Below are positions 55,213-64,000 of a stretch of DNA of 64,000 nt, piece by piece. Under the pieces are notes generated by a model. That model was not told where the DNA came from. It ran no database searches and saw only the letters and a list, made by a program, of their open reading frames with translations. The DNA comes from a virus: the IMG/VR virus record IMGVR_UViG_3300008255_000099, positions 32,001 through 96,000 of that record; one strand, written 5' to 3'. The translations under genes were made by a program, and so were the position numbers. Every line of letters starts with the position of its first letter. The stretch's first letter is position 1.

Positions 55213-56577
55213 CTATTTTTCATGTAAGGTATTATCTAAAAAATATCTATCCTCTTTAATTCCTTCTGTTGCGTGTTTTAATTTTTCATCATCCCAACCT
55301 CTATTTTTTAGTGCTGTTTTTATTTTACCAAGTTCATTTGAGACTGAGCTAAGTGAACCTTTTGGTCCATTCTCGGATTTAAATGGGTCAAATTTCTGGC
55401 ATCCATCAAGATAAATTAATCTCATCATTAAATCTCTCGTTGATTTTTTGTTATAATTTTCATCAACAGCATAAACACCCATCTTTTCCCAATCTTTTTC
55501 AGCATTTTCAAAAGCAGTGCTTGATAAAACAGTTTTTAAATTAAATTTAGAAGATGTTTTTTCTGTTTCTTTTTTAGATCCTTTTCTTTTATTTTTCCTA
55601 TTATATTCTTTAACTATTTTAATACAGTCTCTGACAGTTTTAGAGTCAAATTTTGTAGCATGAGTCACATGTCTTGTGATATCTTGACCGTCCCAATTCT
55701 TATCCAATAATTTTTGAATAATACCCATTAAAACTTTAAAAGGATTTCCTTTTTTACCCTTATCTTTTTTAGATTCTTCTTTATCCTTTTTTTCATATGA
55801 GGTAGTTGGCTTATTAGTCTTCTCTTCTTTCTCTTCTTCAACTGGCTCGTCAACACTAGCAGGACTAGCGGACATCTTTTTAAGATTAAATTTATTTTTT
55901 GCCATAACATTACCTCCCGCATTATTATTTGTTTTTTCAATTTTAATTAATTCGTCTAATTCATTTATAAATGAATTAATTATATTTGAAATATATCCTT
56001 TCGAATCCTTTTCTTGTTTTGTATATTCTCTATCTAAATCTTTAAGTCTTGCTGTATTTATATTTTGAATAGTGCTATTAGCGAATCCTAATAATCTATC
56101 TCCTATAACTTTAAAATTTGGGTTATTAGATAGTTGTGTGGCAAGTTGTGTTAATTGTGATTTAAATTTTTGTAGAGATGATTCTACAATATCTTTGATT
56201 GGTTCTGCTTCCTTTACTTCTTGGTTTTGAGTGGAAGGATTTTGTGAAGGATTTTGAACTTGATTATTCTCAAACTGATATGAATTAATAGTTTGAGATA
56301 ATTTTGTTACAGAACCATTAATAGATCTTAACATTTCAGACAATACTTTTTTAACACTTTCAAGCAATTGGATATCAGATTGCCCACTTCGTTGTGGTTG
56401 AACAGCTTGGTTGCCCTCTGAAAGATTTACAGCATCTTGCAAAGGGATATTTCCTGGCCCACCCGTAGAAGCAGGGTGTGCCGAAACACGCCCCTGAGTT
56501 TCGCCTAATTCTTGTGTGGCAACCCCAGGGGCGGTTATTGAAGCGCTAATTTTCTCTAAATTGAATTTTTTATTCAT
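55213..56577 (-). CDS. Hypothetical head-module protein
   Basis: Three KFNLxK motifs. Confidence 0.65.
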   Translation of the reverse strand: MNKKFNLEKISASITAPGVATQELGETQGRVSAHPASTGGPGNIPLQDAVNLSEGNQAVQPQRSGQSDIQLLESVKKVLSEMLRSINGSVTKLSQTINSYQFENNQVQNPSQNPSTQNQEVKEAEPIKDIVESSLQKFKSQLTQLATQLSNNPNFKVIGDRLLGFANSTIQNINTARLKDLDREYTKQEKDSKGYISNIINSFINELDELIKIEKTNNNAGGNVMAKNKFNLKKMSASPASVDEPVEEEKEEKTNKPTTSYEKKDKEESKKDKGKKGNPFKVLMGIIQKLLDKNWDGQDITRHVTHATKFDSKTVRDCIKIVKEYNRKNKRKGSKKETEKTSSKFNLKTVLSSTAFENAEKDWEKMGVYAVDENYNKKSTRDLMMRLIYLDGCQKFDPFKSENGPKGSLSSVSNELGKIKTALKNRGWDDEKLKHATEGIKEDRYFLDNTLHEK

Positions 56578-56592
56578 TTTTATTTCTTTTAA

Positions 56593-57471
56593 TTATCCGC
56601 CTCTTAAAAGACTTCCAAGATTTGTAATCATATTAGATTCAGATAAAGAATCTTGTATAGTTTTAGCTCTACTTGTTTCAAGATTATTCATCTCTCTCAA
56701 ATAAACATCGTCTTTCTTTTCTATTCTAGAAATTATTTCTTTTTCTATTTTTTTATCTGCAAGAACTTTAGCTTTTCTTTCATCTCTTCTTTTTGCTTGT
56801 TCCTCATCAACAAGACCGAAATCGCTTGCTGCTGGGGTTTCGTGAGCAATTGTTCTTAATTTATTAGATCTTAAATCGGAAGAAGTCATTCCAGATAAAG
56901 AACCAGAAAATGTTTCATCCATTTCCGTACTTTGTCTCTGTTCTCTTTCTTTTTTGAATTCTTGATTAGATGCTCCAAGTTTTCTTGCTTCATTAGCAAT
57001 CCACGCTTCTTTTTCTTTGAGTGCGGATTCTACCATTATATTTTTCAATTCCTCTTCACCAGGGCCAAAAATCCCTGGATGATATTCTGGATAATCACCA
57101 GCATATCTTAGATCTCTTACTTCCGAATCATGATCTTCAGCAGAGGATGTTCTAGAGATTCCCATGGAAGATGCTAATCTTGGATTTAATTCACGATAAT
57201 CATCCTCAGAAGTAATTCTACTAAAACCACCATATCCCTCTGCAACATTAGATTTCATACTGGATGAATAATCATATTCTTTATTAGCTGTCCTAATTTG
57301 TTTTTTATTATAAGCCTCTTTTTCTCTTAGAATTTGATTTCTTCTTTCATCCAATTCTCTTAATTGCATTTCTGCAACTTCAGATTCTGACAATCTATTA
57401 GAAGCAAAATATCTCGTGGAAGCATCCATTATTTCCAAATCTTCATTGGATATTTTCTTAAATTTAGCCAT
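56593..57471 (-). CDS. Hypothetical head-module protein
   Basis: ORF with AGGAG RBS. Confidence 0.65.
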   Translation of the reverse strand: MAKFKKISNEDLEIMDASTRYFASNRLSESEVAEMQLRELDERRNQILREKEAYNKKQIRTANKEYDYSSSMKSNVAEGYGGFSRITSEDDYRELNPRLASSMGISRTSSAEDHDSEVRDLRYAGDYPEYHPGIFGPGEEELKNIMVESALKEKEAWIANEARKLGASNQEFKKEREQRQSTEMDETFSGSLSGMTSSDLRSNKLRTIAHETPAASDFGLVDEEQAKRRDERKAKVLADKKIEKEIISRIEKKDDVYLREMNNLETSRAKTIQDSLSESNMITNLGSLLRGG

Positions 57472-57500
57472 AGCTTAACTCCTATCTAAAAATTTTTAAA

Positions 57501-57977
57501 TTATAATTTAAAAATTCCTCTTCTCTCTGCTTCCTTTAGTAACCTTGCTTTAAGATCTGCTTTTGTCTCTTTTTTAGACGCAGTTTTCTTCAAAGAATCT
57601 TTTTTAGAAGCCAGACTCTCTTTTTCTCTGTATCTATCAGCTAATCCAAGAGGGCCTTCTGTTTCAATTAATTCATTAATTACGCTTCCAATGTCGCTTA
57701 ATGAAAAATCGTCATCTTCTTTTGAAAGATTAGTTTGAGCTTCAACTATTTTGTTTTGACTCTCATCTAAATCTCTTAAATTGATAGCATTCATATAGCT
57801 ATAAACCATTGGATGGTTTTCTCTATCAGATTCGTTGAGCGCAGCAATATTCTTTGCTTGTTTTTTTAATCTTCCAGATTCAACTGTAGGTCCATGTTTT
57901 TCTTCTAAAATTTCAGCATATCTTTCTAAAGAAGCAGTTCTATTATCTGACCTTACAACTTTTGTTTCCTCTTTCAT
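57501..57977 (-). CDS. Hypothetical head-module protein
   Basis: ORF with GGAGG RBS. Confidence 0.65.
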   Translation of the reverse strand: MKEETKVVRSDNRTASLERYAEILEEKHGPTVESGRLKKQAKNIAALNESDRENHPMVYSYMNAINLRDLDESQNKIVEAQTNLSKEDDDFSLSDIGSVINELIETEGPLGLADRYREKESLASKKDSLKKTASKKETKADLKARLLKEAERRGIFKL

Positions 57978-57980
57978 TGC

Positions 57981-58868
57981 TTATCCTCCCTTTACAGGAT
58001 CGACATCTGCAACAAGATCATCAGACCAATCTGCAACATAACCTAACTCATTTTTCCAATAATCTAGGATTCTATTCTTATCTCCAGGGGTTAATTCTGC
58101 TTCTTTAATAAATTCACGCAAAAGATCTTCTTTTGCAGATCTTTCAAGTTTATCATTTTTAGCTAATTTAACTACTAAACCTGGGATTCCAGATGCTGAT
58201 TTTGCTTTTAAAACAGATTCGGTGTAATATTCAGCTACTTTCCCATCAAACCCTAATGAAGACAATCTTTCTTGAATTGCTTGTCTTTCATTGTCATCAA
58301 GTTCTGATGCTTTTTTAAATCCTTCTTTTGAAGCGACTTTTTCTTCTTTCTTTTCTAATTCAGCAAGAACTTTCTTTCTCCAATTTCTTCGTGCTTCAAT
58401 TTCCTTTTTATTTTCTGCTTCTTCAACAGAGGCTAAAACTTCTTTTCTCTGTGAAGATCTTTTTGCTAAAACTTCCTTTTTCTCTAAATTCTTTTCAAGA
58501 GTTTCTGCTTGTTTTAACAACATTTGTCTAAATTGAGAACGAGCTTCAAGAGCTTTAAGATAAGATTCTTCATCTCCTCTGTCTAAAGCAGCTTCTAGGA
58601 ATTTAGCAGAAGGCACACGGACCTTGCCGTCAATCACTGATAATTCTGGTGAAGTATCCGATTTCTTTTCCTTGCTTGTTCTAACTGTTTTTTTGTCCAT
58701 AGAATCGACACAAGCTTCTTTATCTTCTGTTGATTCCTCTGATTTACTGGCTTGCTTTGTGAGTTCTGGGACCATAGTTTTAATTATTTCACCCATGTCA
58801 ACAAAAGACATTCCTCTTGTATCTTCAAGCTCATCGCTTTTTCCAGTAGGATAAATTCTTCCACTCAT
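57981..58868 (-). CDS. Hypothetical charged coiled-coil protein
   Basis: ORF with AAGGAGG RBS. Confidence 0.65.
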   Translation of the reverse strand: MSGRIYPTGKSDELEDTRGMSFVDMGEIIKTMVPELTKQASKSEESTEDKEACVDSMDKKTVRTSKEKKSDTSPELSVIDGKVRVPSAKFLEAALDRGDEESYLKALEARSQFRQMLLKQAETLEKNLEKKEVLAKRSSQRKEVLASVEEAENKKEIEARRNWRKKVLAELEKKEEKVASKEGFKKASELDDNERQAIQERLSSLGFDGKVAEYYTESVLKAKSASGIPGLVVKLAKNDKLERSAKEDLLREFIKEAELTPGDKNRILDYWKNELGYVADWSDDLVADVDPVKGG

Positions 58869-58922
58869 TTAATTCCTCCTTAAAGTTCGAATGATCATTT
58901 ATAACAAACTTTAGTTATTAAA

Positions 58923-59309
58923 TTATTCGTTATGATCAGATAATCCTTTCTTTATAATAATTAAAAAATTATCTGGATCAAAATCTACTTGATCATCTAC
59001 TTCTACTCCATTTGATTCTAAAATTCCTTTATTTGTTTCTATTACATACTTAACCTCACGATTTCCTGGGTATTTAACGTTTTCAGATGTGGCTTCTAGA
59101 TCAAAAATATCAACAATTATAAATTTATCATTAATAAAACAAACATCTATTGGATAGTCAACATCTTTATTCCAAAATCCGTGACATCCTCTGTTCGGGA
59201 AAATAAAAAAAGCACATTCAGAATCTGAAATCTTTTTTTTCATTAATCCTTTTTTTCTTTTTTCATCAGAGTCACATAGATATTTAATTTTTAATTTAAT
59301 TTTACTCAT
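58923..59309 (-). CDS. DUF192-family protein
   Basis: KKGLM, FFIF, FWNKDVDYPIDVCFI, YVIETNKG. Confidence 0.75.
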   Translation of the reverse strand: MSKIKLKIKYLCDSDEKRKKGLMKKKISDSECAFFIFPNRGCHGFWNKDVDYPIDVCFINDKFIIVDIFDLEATSENVKYPGNREVKYVIETNKGILESNGVEVDDQVDFDPDNFLIIIKKGLSDHNE

Positions 59310-61842
59310 CGTTTTCTTCTAGTTCTCCGTCTTGTTGTAATCCACCGTAATCACTAATCGGGACAAGCTCATAGGGATTATCCTCTGGTGCTCTTGTTCT
59401 TCTGATAGTTGAATAATCTGGATCTAATGGCATTGGGTGATGGAAAAGATATCTACCTTTTCTACCCACTCCAGAATAACCAGTGAAGACAGGAGTAAAC
59501 GAAGTAATAACTCCTCTAGATTGAAGCAATGATAAATCAGCCATACTAAGAAGTCTTGGTTCTCCGTGGGTTGAGGCAAACATTAATGCTGTAAATGCAT
59601 CTCTTGGAGTCAACGAAACTTTGACCCAATTCTGTCGATCATTTGTCATCCCACCTCTTGGCATATATCTATATCTTTTAATTAGATCATCATCAGACGA
59701 TCCTATAATTTCACCAGAATACAAATCATAATACCCGCCATTATTTTCCACCAAGAAACTCTCTCTTTTTGAATTAATAAAATTAACAAAAACACCAGCG
59801 TCATCTGGATAGTTTTCCGCATTTTGAAGCATCCTAGAAATTCTTTCAACTTTAGCACCGAAATGCTCAACTAAATTAAGATCTTCATCTGAACTTTCTG
59901 ATTTTGATTGTAAATCTTGGATTATTCTATGATGGTTATTTAATTGATCTTCATAAATTCTCTTAAATTCTACAATTGTCATATCTGAAATTTGATCTTT
60001 TTGTATAGAATCTGATCTAGAAATAATCAAGGATGTCATTGGGACTCTTCCGAGTTTATCCATCATTGCATCTTGCAACATATCCATTACAACCTTTTTA
60101 TTAGCTGGTCTATCATCACCCTGTTGTTGTAATCCAGATTTTGTTGCAGCCATTAATATTTCAATTTGTTTATTAACATAAGCAAGTTGAACTGCTTGAA
60201 TTATAGCTAATATTTTTTTACGATTAGCTGTCCCACCGCCTATAATTGATGAGATATCAGTGATTGAATTTACATCTCCTTTAAAAAGAGCATTTAACAT
60301 TTCTGTTAGATATTGAACTCCTTTCGCTTCTGATAGTCTCTTTCGGACTGCTGGTGGAAGATCTTCTGATGATAACCATTCTATAAAACTAGGAACAATC
60401 ATACTTGCTCTTAAAGAATTCAATAGAGAATCTTTTATAAATACTTGTTCTTCAATATTTTCTTTTGGAGTATTTGTCAAAATTGGATTTATAACTCCTC
60501 TCTCATCAACTATTGGAATTTCTTTACTATTCAATGAAAAAGTCTTATATCTAAAAATAGGAATAAATCTTTCATGTATTTTATTTGGAGATGCAAAAAT
60601 TATATCTTTGAGCAATCCTCTTTTAAGAACATTCCTTGCTCTTAGTCTATCAATTATAACAGATTCAAGATGTCTTCTTTGTGATCTTCCAGATTGAGTT
60701 GTATATAGTTTTTTTCTTAACTCATTTATTTCATTTGTTAATTCTATATACATAGGCGTTTTTGAAAGAAGCCCATCAGTTTGTTCTGCAATTGTAATGG
60801 GGTTTCTTTCTGTATTTGGAACAGAGTAAATATAATCAATCAAAATATCTTGAATTGAAGCTTCTGTCCCATTAAGATGAGATTCTGCTGTTAATTCTTG
60901 TTCCAAAACAGATAAATCATCTGCTGGCATTCGTGTCATCATTTGTTCTAACATTGATTCGGATGCAAAAGCAGATGTTTCAGGATGAGTTCCTGGCTCT
61001 TCGAATCTTTCTGGCTCCATCTGTAAAGAAAGAGCGTCTTGGACATCTTCTCGTGATTGTTCGTCTTCATCTACAGGCGCAGTTATTGTATCATTTCCAC
61101 GTTCTTCTAACCATCTAATCAATCCCTTTTTATCATCAGGCCCACTTGACCTTCTTTCACCGTTCAATATGGTTTTTATAAAAGAAAATAGCAAATTGAA
61201 TGTTCTTGAAGTAGCTTTAAGTTTTGTTCCATCTTCATATCTAGCCCCTTCAATTCTACTTATAAATTTAACAGAAGCGTCACCAACCCTATCGAAAATT
61301 TCATCCATTATTGTTTGATTGCCTTGGAATGGGATGCGACGCTTTAAAAGATTAACAAAAATAGAACCTGCTAAAAAAACTTCTACAGCAGGAATTAAAA
61401 AGCTTAGATATTGTGGAAAAACTGTAAATAAATTTTCCCCATGATTACCTGTTGAATCTCTATACCTAATCATTTCATTAATCATTTCTGAAATTCTATT
61501 TCTCATATTTTCATTCTGATACATAATATTAGCAGCATTAATTATTTTATTTATATTTTTTGATATAAATGCATTTGTACAAATCTCTCCATATTTATCA
61601 AAATCATTATTCTCAATAATACGATTCCCAATTTCTATTAATTGATTTTTAGTTGATGGTCTTGCTGTCGATAGTGACAACCCATGATCAATATAACCCA
61701 TTGGTTTTTGAGGTTCAATTTCTTCTTCACCCTCATCCTCGTCTTCAACATCATCATATTGTGAAAAAACTCGAATCGGTTTTTTGTTTTGATTGTTTTG
61801 ATTATTTATGCTTTTTACAAAAATATCTGAAAATCTTTCCAT
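59302..61842 (-). CDS. Large hypothetical protein
   Basis: 846-aa ORF with RBS. Confidence 0.7.
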   Translation of the reverse strand: MERFSDIFVKSINNQNNQNKKPIRVFSQYDDVEDEDEGEEEIEPQKPMGYIDHGLSLSTARPSTKNQLIEIGNRIIENNDFDKYGEICTNAFISKNINKIINAANIMYQNENMRNRISEMINEMIRYRDSTGNHGENLFTVFPQYLSFLIPAVEVFLAGSIFVNLLKRRIPFQGNQTIMDEIFDRVGDASVKFISRIEGARYEDGTKLKATSRTFNLLFSFIKTILNGERRSSGPDDKKGLIRWLEERGNDTITAPVDEDEQSREDVQDALSLQMEPERFEEPGTHPETSAFASESMLEQMMTRMPADDLSVLEQELTAESHLNGTEASIQDILIDYIYSVPNTERNPITIAEQTDGLLSKTPMYIELTNEINELRKKLYTTQSGRSQRRHLESVIIDRLRARNVLKRGLLKDIIFASPNKIHERFIPIFRYKTFSLNSKEIPIVDERGVINPILTNTPKENIEEQVFIKDSLLNSLRASMIVPSFIEWLSSEDLPPAVRKRLSEAKGVQYLTEMLNALFKGDVNSITDISSIIGGGTANRKKILAIIQAVQLAYVNKQIEILMAATKSGLQQQGDDRPANKKVVMDMLQDAMMDKLGRVPMTSLIISRSDSIQKDQISDMTIVEFKRIYEDQLNNHHRIIQDLQSKSESSDEDLNLVEHFGAKVERISRMLQNAENYPDDAGVFVNFINSKRESFLVENNGGYYDLYSGEIIGSSDDDLIKRYRYMPRGGMTNDRQNWVKVSLTPRDAFTALMFASTHGEPRLLSMADLSLLQSRGVITSFTPVFTGYSGVGRKGRYLFHHPMPLDPDYSTIRRTRAPEDNPYELVPISDYGGLQQDGELEENDE

Positions 61843-61860
61843 TAATTTTCTCCCGTCTAA

Positions 61861-62700
61861 CTAATCATCTAAAATCTTTTTAAATTCAACACTAAACTTT
61901 TCAATTTTACCTCCATCTTTTAAAGCATCAAATTCAATTAATTCATCAATTTTACTATAAATTTTTGTGAATTTCTTTTTTGAAGAAATTTTTTCACCAC
62001 TCATTGTTTGATTAAACTCATTGATTAAATTAGGATCTTCCGGTGGCTCTTCCGGGGTAAAAACATTATTAAATTTACCGATTATATCTTCAACTGTTCC
62101 TAAATCTTCTTGTCTTTGTTCAAGTTCTTCTTTTCGACCTAATCCTTTTTCATATAAATCGTAAAATTTTTGTATTTCAGGACCTAGTTCTTGTTGTTGT
62201 TCTTCCATAGATTCTTGATCTTGTTTTATTCCCTCACTATCAATTTGATCTATAGCCATTGTTTGTGAAAAAACAAATTTTTCTTTTTTTCTATTCTTCG
62301 AAAATTCATTTTCTTGATCCATAATAATTTTCCCAAGAACTTTTTTACCATAATCTGTTAAATTGGCTAAATGTTCTCCTTTGTGAACTAAAACACCATC
62401 TTGAACCATTTGATAAATATCATAGCTTGTTGCCTCACTTGGGATTTTGAATGTTGGTTCACCATTTAAAGTTTTTTGTGCTAAAATTATATTTTCATCT
62501 CTGTCTCTCCACATAGTAAAAAGAAAATCTTTTGTTTTTGAACAGACTTCTTTTTTAGCTGATGTTGTTGTCAGATGATTTGACTGCTCCAAAATAATTC
62601 TTTGAGCATCGCTCATTGGTGTTAAAGAGATCGGATCTGAAAAAACAGAGCCTAAGCTCCCTTCTTGCGAATCTCTAGTTGGTCGTATTGGAATTGGCAT
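61861..62700 (-). CDS. Hypothetical protein
   Basis: ORF with AAGGAG RBS. Confidence 0.7.
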   Translation of the reverse strand: MPIPIRPTRDSQEGSLGSVFSDPISLTPMSDAQRIILEQSNHLTTTSAKKEVCSKTKDFLFTMWRDRDENIILAQKTLNGEPTFKIPSEATSYDIYQMVQDGVLVHKGEHLANLTDYGKKVLGKIIMDQENEFSKNRKKEKFVFSQTMAIDQIDSEGIKQDQESMEEQQQELGPEIQKFYDLYEKGLGRKEELEQRQEDLGTVEDIIGKFNNVFTPEEPPEDPNLINEFNQTMSGEKISSKKKFTKIYSKIDELIEFDALKDGGKIEKFSVEFKKILDD

Positions 62701-62740
62701 TTTAATCTCCTTTTAAATTATTTTATCTTCTTCTCACACC

Positions 62741-62782
62741 AAAAACAAAAACCCTTGTTCCAAATCAAGGGTTTTTGTTTTT
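62741..62782. terminator. Inverted repeat with A/T tails
   Basis: aaaaacaaaaacccttg-8 nt-caagggtttttgttttt. Confidence 0.6.
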
Positions 62783-62803
62783 AGTTAAGAACATAGCCAA
62801 ACT

Positions 62804-63808
62804 ATGTGGTTAAAACTTGCTATTTTCGAAAAGGAACAAGAAGAAGGCGAAAAAATCAAACAAGAAGCCATTGAAATTAGGCGTTGGTGGGATGAGAACG
62901 AATCAAAAGTTATAAGAAAAATGGTTAGGACAAATCCAAAAGATTGGTGCTATAACCCAGATTTTTATAATGGGAGTGGAGTTTATACTGAAATTGATGG
63001 CGAAGAAAATAATATGTTGGGGGCATTATACATATCTGGTTTACTAGGTTTCCCCGATCAATTTAGCAGATATTTTAATTTGACAAATTTAATAGAAAAT
63101 AATTCTTCCTTTATTTCAATTGATTCTATAGTTTTATCATCAAGTCTAAAATGCCATCAAAATAAATATAAATATCTTGTTGTAATTGATACAGCAAAGC
63201 AATATATCAAAGAATTAAAAGAATGGTTAGTAAAACCTCCAGTTTATACATTAGATGTCCAAGATGAAAATTTTAAACAAATAACATTAAAGGCAACACA
63301 AAAAATTATTGAATTAATAGATTCTATTGAAAAAGACCATCCAGAATTAAAACAAAAACTTCAATATTTTAAATTTAGGTTAGAGTTTTTCTATGATTTC
63401 GGTTTAAAAGACAAATGGATAGATCTTTTATTAAAATATATTCATTTAATTTATGAACTTTCAAAAATAGATATTTTACTTGATATCCCAGATGTTTTTG
63501 ATGCCCTACAAATAATAAACAAAGAAAAAAGAGATGGTTTTTCAGAAAAATATCTAGAACAATTTGAAAATTCAATTAGACAAATAGAAAGAGTTAAGAA
63601 TGTCATTGGGAATCATGATGAATCTTATTTTAATAATAAATTCAGAGAACTAATTGGGATCTCATCTCTTTTAAGAAAATCTTTTAAAGAATTTAACGAA
63701 ATAAAATTTAATAATGTATTAGAAAAATTGAATAAATTAATAAAAGAAATTATGTTTATTCCATCATTATCTGATGAAGAGAGAATGTATTTAGATATTG
63801 GAGTTTAA
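62804..63808 (+). CDS. Hypothetical protein with MWLKLA tag
   Basis: N-terminus MWLKLAI. Confidence 0.7.
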   Translation: MWLKLAIFEKEQEEGEKIKQEAIEIRRWWDENESKVIRKMVRTNPKDWCYNPDFYNGSGVYTEIDGEENNMLGALYISGLLGFPDQFSRYFNLTNLIENNSSFISIDSIVLSSSLKCHQNKYKYLVVIDTAKQYIKELKEWLVKPPVYTLDVQDENFKQITLKATQKIIELIDSIEKDHPELKQKLQYFKFRLEFFYDFGLKDKWIDLLLKYIHLIYELSKIDILLDIPDVFDALQIINKEKRDGFSEKYLEQFENSIRQIERVKNVIGNHDESYFNNKFRELIGISSLLRKSFKEFNEIKFNNVLEKLNKLIKEIMFIPSLSDEERMYLDIGV

Positions 63809-63999
63809 AGGCCAAGAATAATTCTTTTCTTTTCTATCAATCCTTCATAACTAGGATCATGAATTCTATCCTCTTCTTCTTTGACAAGTTTTAAGAATTT
63901 ATTAGGAAAAATTTTATCTCTTTCTTTATCTGAAGTTCTTTCAATTTCAACCACAACGACATCTTTATATTTTTCTTCAATTAATTTAAACTCATCAAT
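63805..63999 (-). CDS. Partial hypothetical protein (5' end outside the window)
   Basis: Open frame from the window edge to TAA at 63805. Confidence 0.5.
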   Translation of the reverse strand: MDEFKLIEEKYKDVVVVEIERTSDKERDKIFPNKFLKLVKEEEDRIHDPSYEGLIEKKRIILGL

Positions 64000-64000
64000 T

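Noticed and set aside
1-64000. Genome-wide TAG recoding (code 15)
   Set aside because: Long genes are intact under code 11 and TAG acts as a real stop (4520-4522 overlaps the next RBS); only a few early TAGs were seen

Overview
AT-rich fragment of a large tailed-phage (jumbo-phage-like) genome. It carries a minus-strand head-morphogenesis module (intein-containing portal with a C-terminal DUF559-like domain, intein-containing 1849-aa prohead protease, probable scaffold, decoration-like protein, HK97-fold major capsid protein, free-standing LAGLIDADG endonuclease). Accessory genes include radical SAM, RNA ligase, dCMP deaminase, intein-containing thymidylate synthase, phosphoesterase, TilS, a PTH2-like protein and Hsp20. 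Standout observations: (1) an orphan CRISPR-like mini-array (28-bp hairpin repeat, four 33-bp GC-rich spacers) preceded by a ~180-nt GC-rich structured element with a partial anti-repeat, and no recognisable cas gene in the window; (2) IS200/IS605 (TnpB) relics, including two near-identical 50-bp scars inserted 3' of TTAC that frameshift genes; (3) an amber (CUA) tRNA upstream of two strong-RBS ORFs with TAG at codon 8; (4) degenerate capsid-protein paralogs, one fused to a ribbon-helix-helix domain; (5) an N-terminal MWFKLA tag on five unrelated proteins. All calls come from manual motif reading, with no database searches. Several homopolymer frameshifts and nonsense codons may be sequencing errors.
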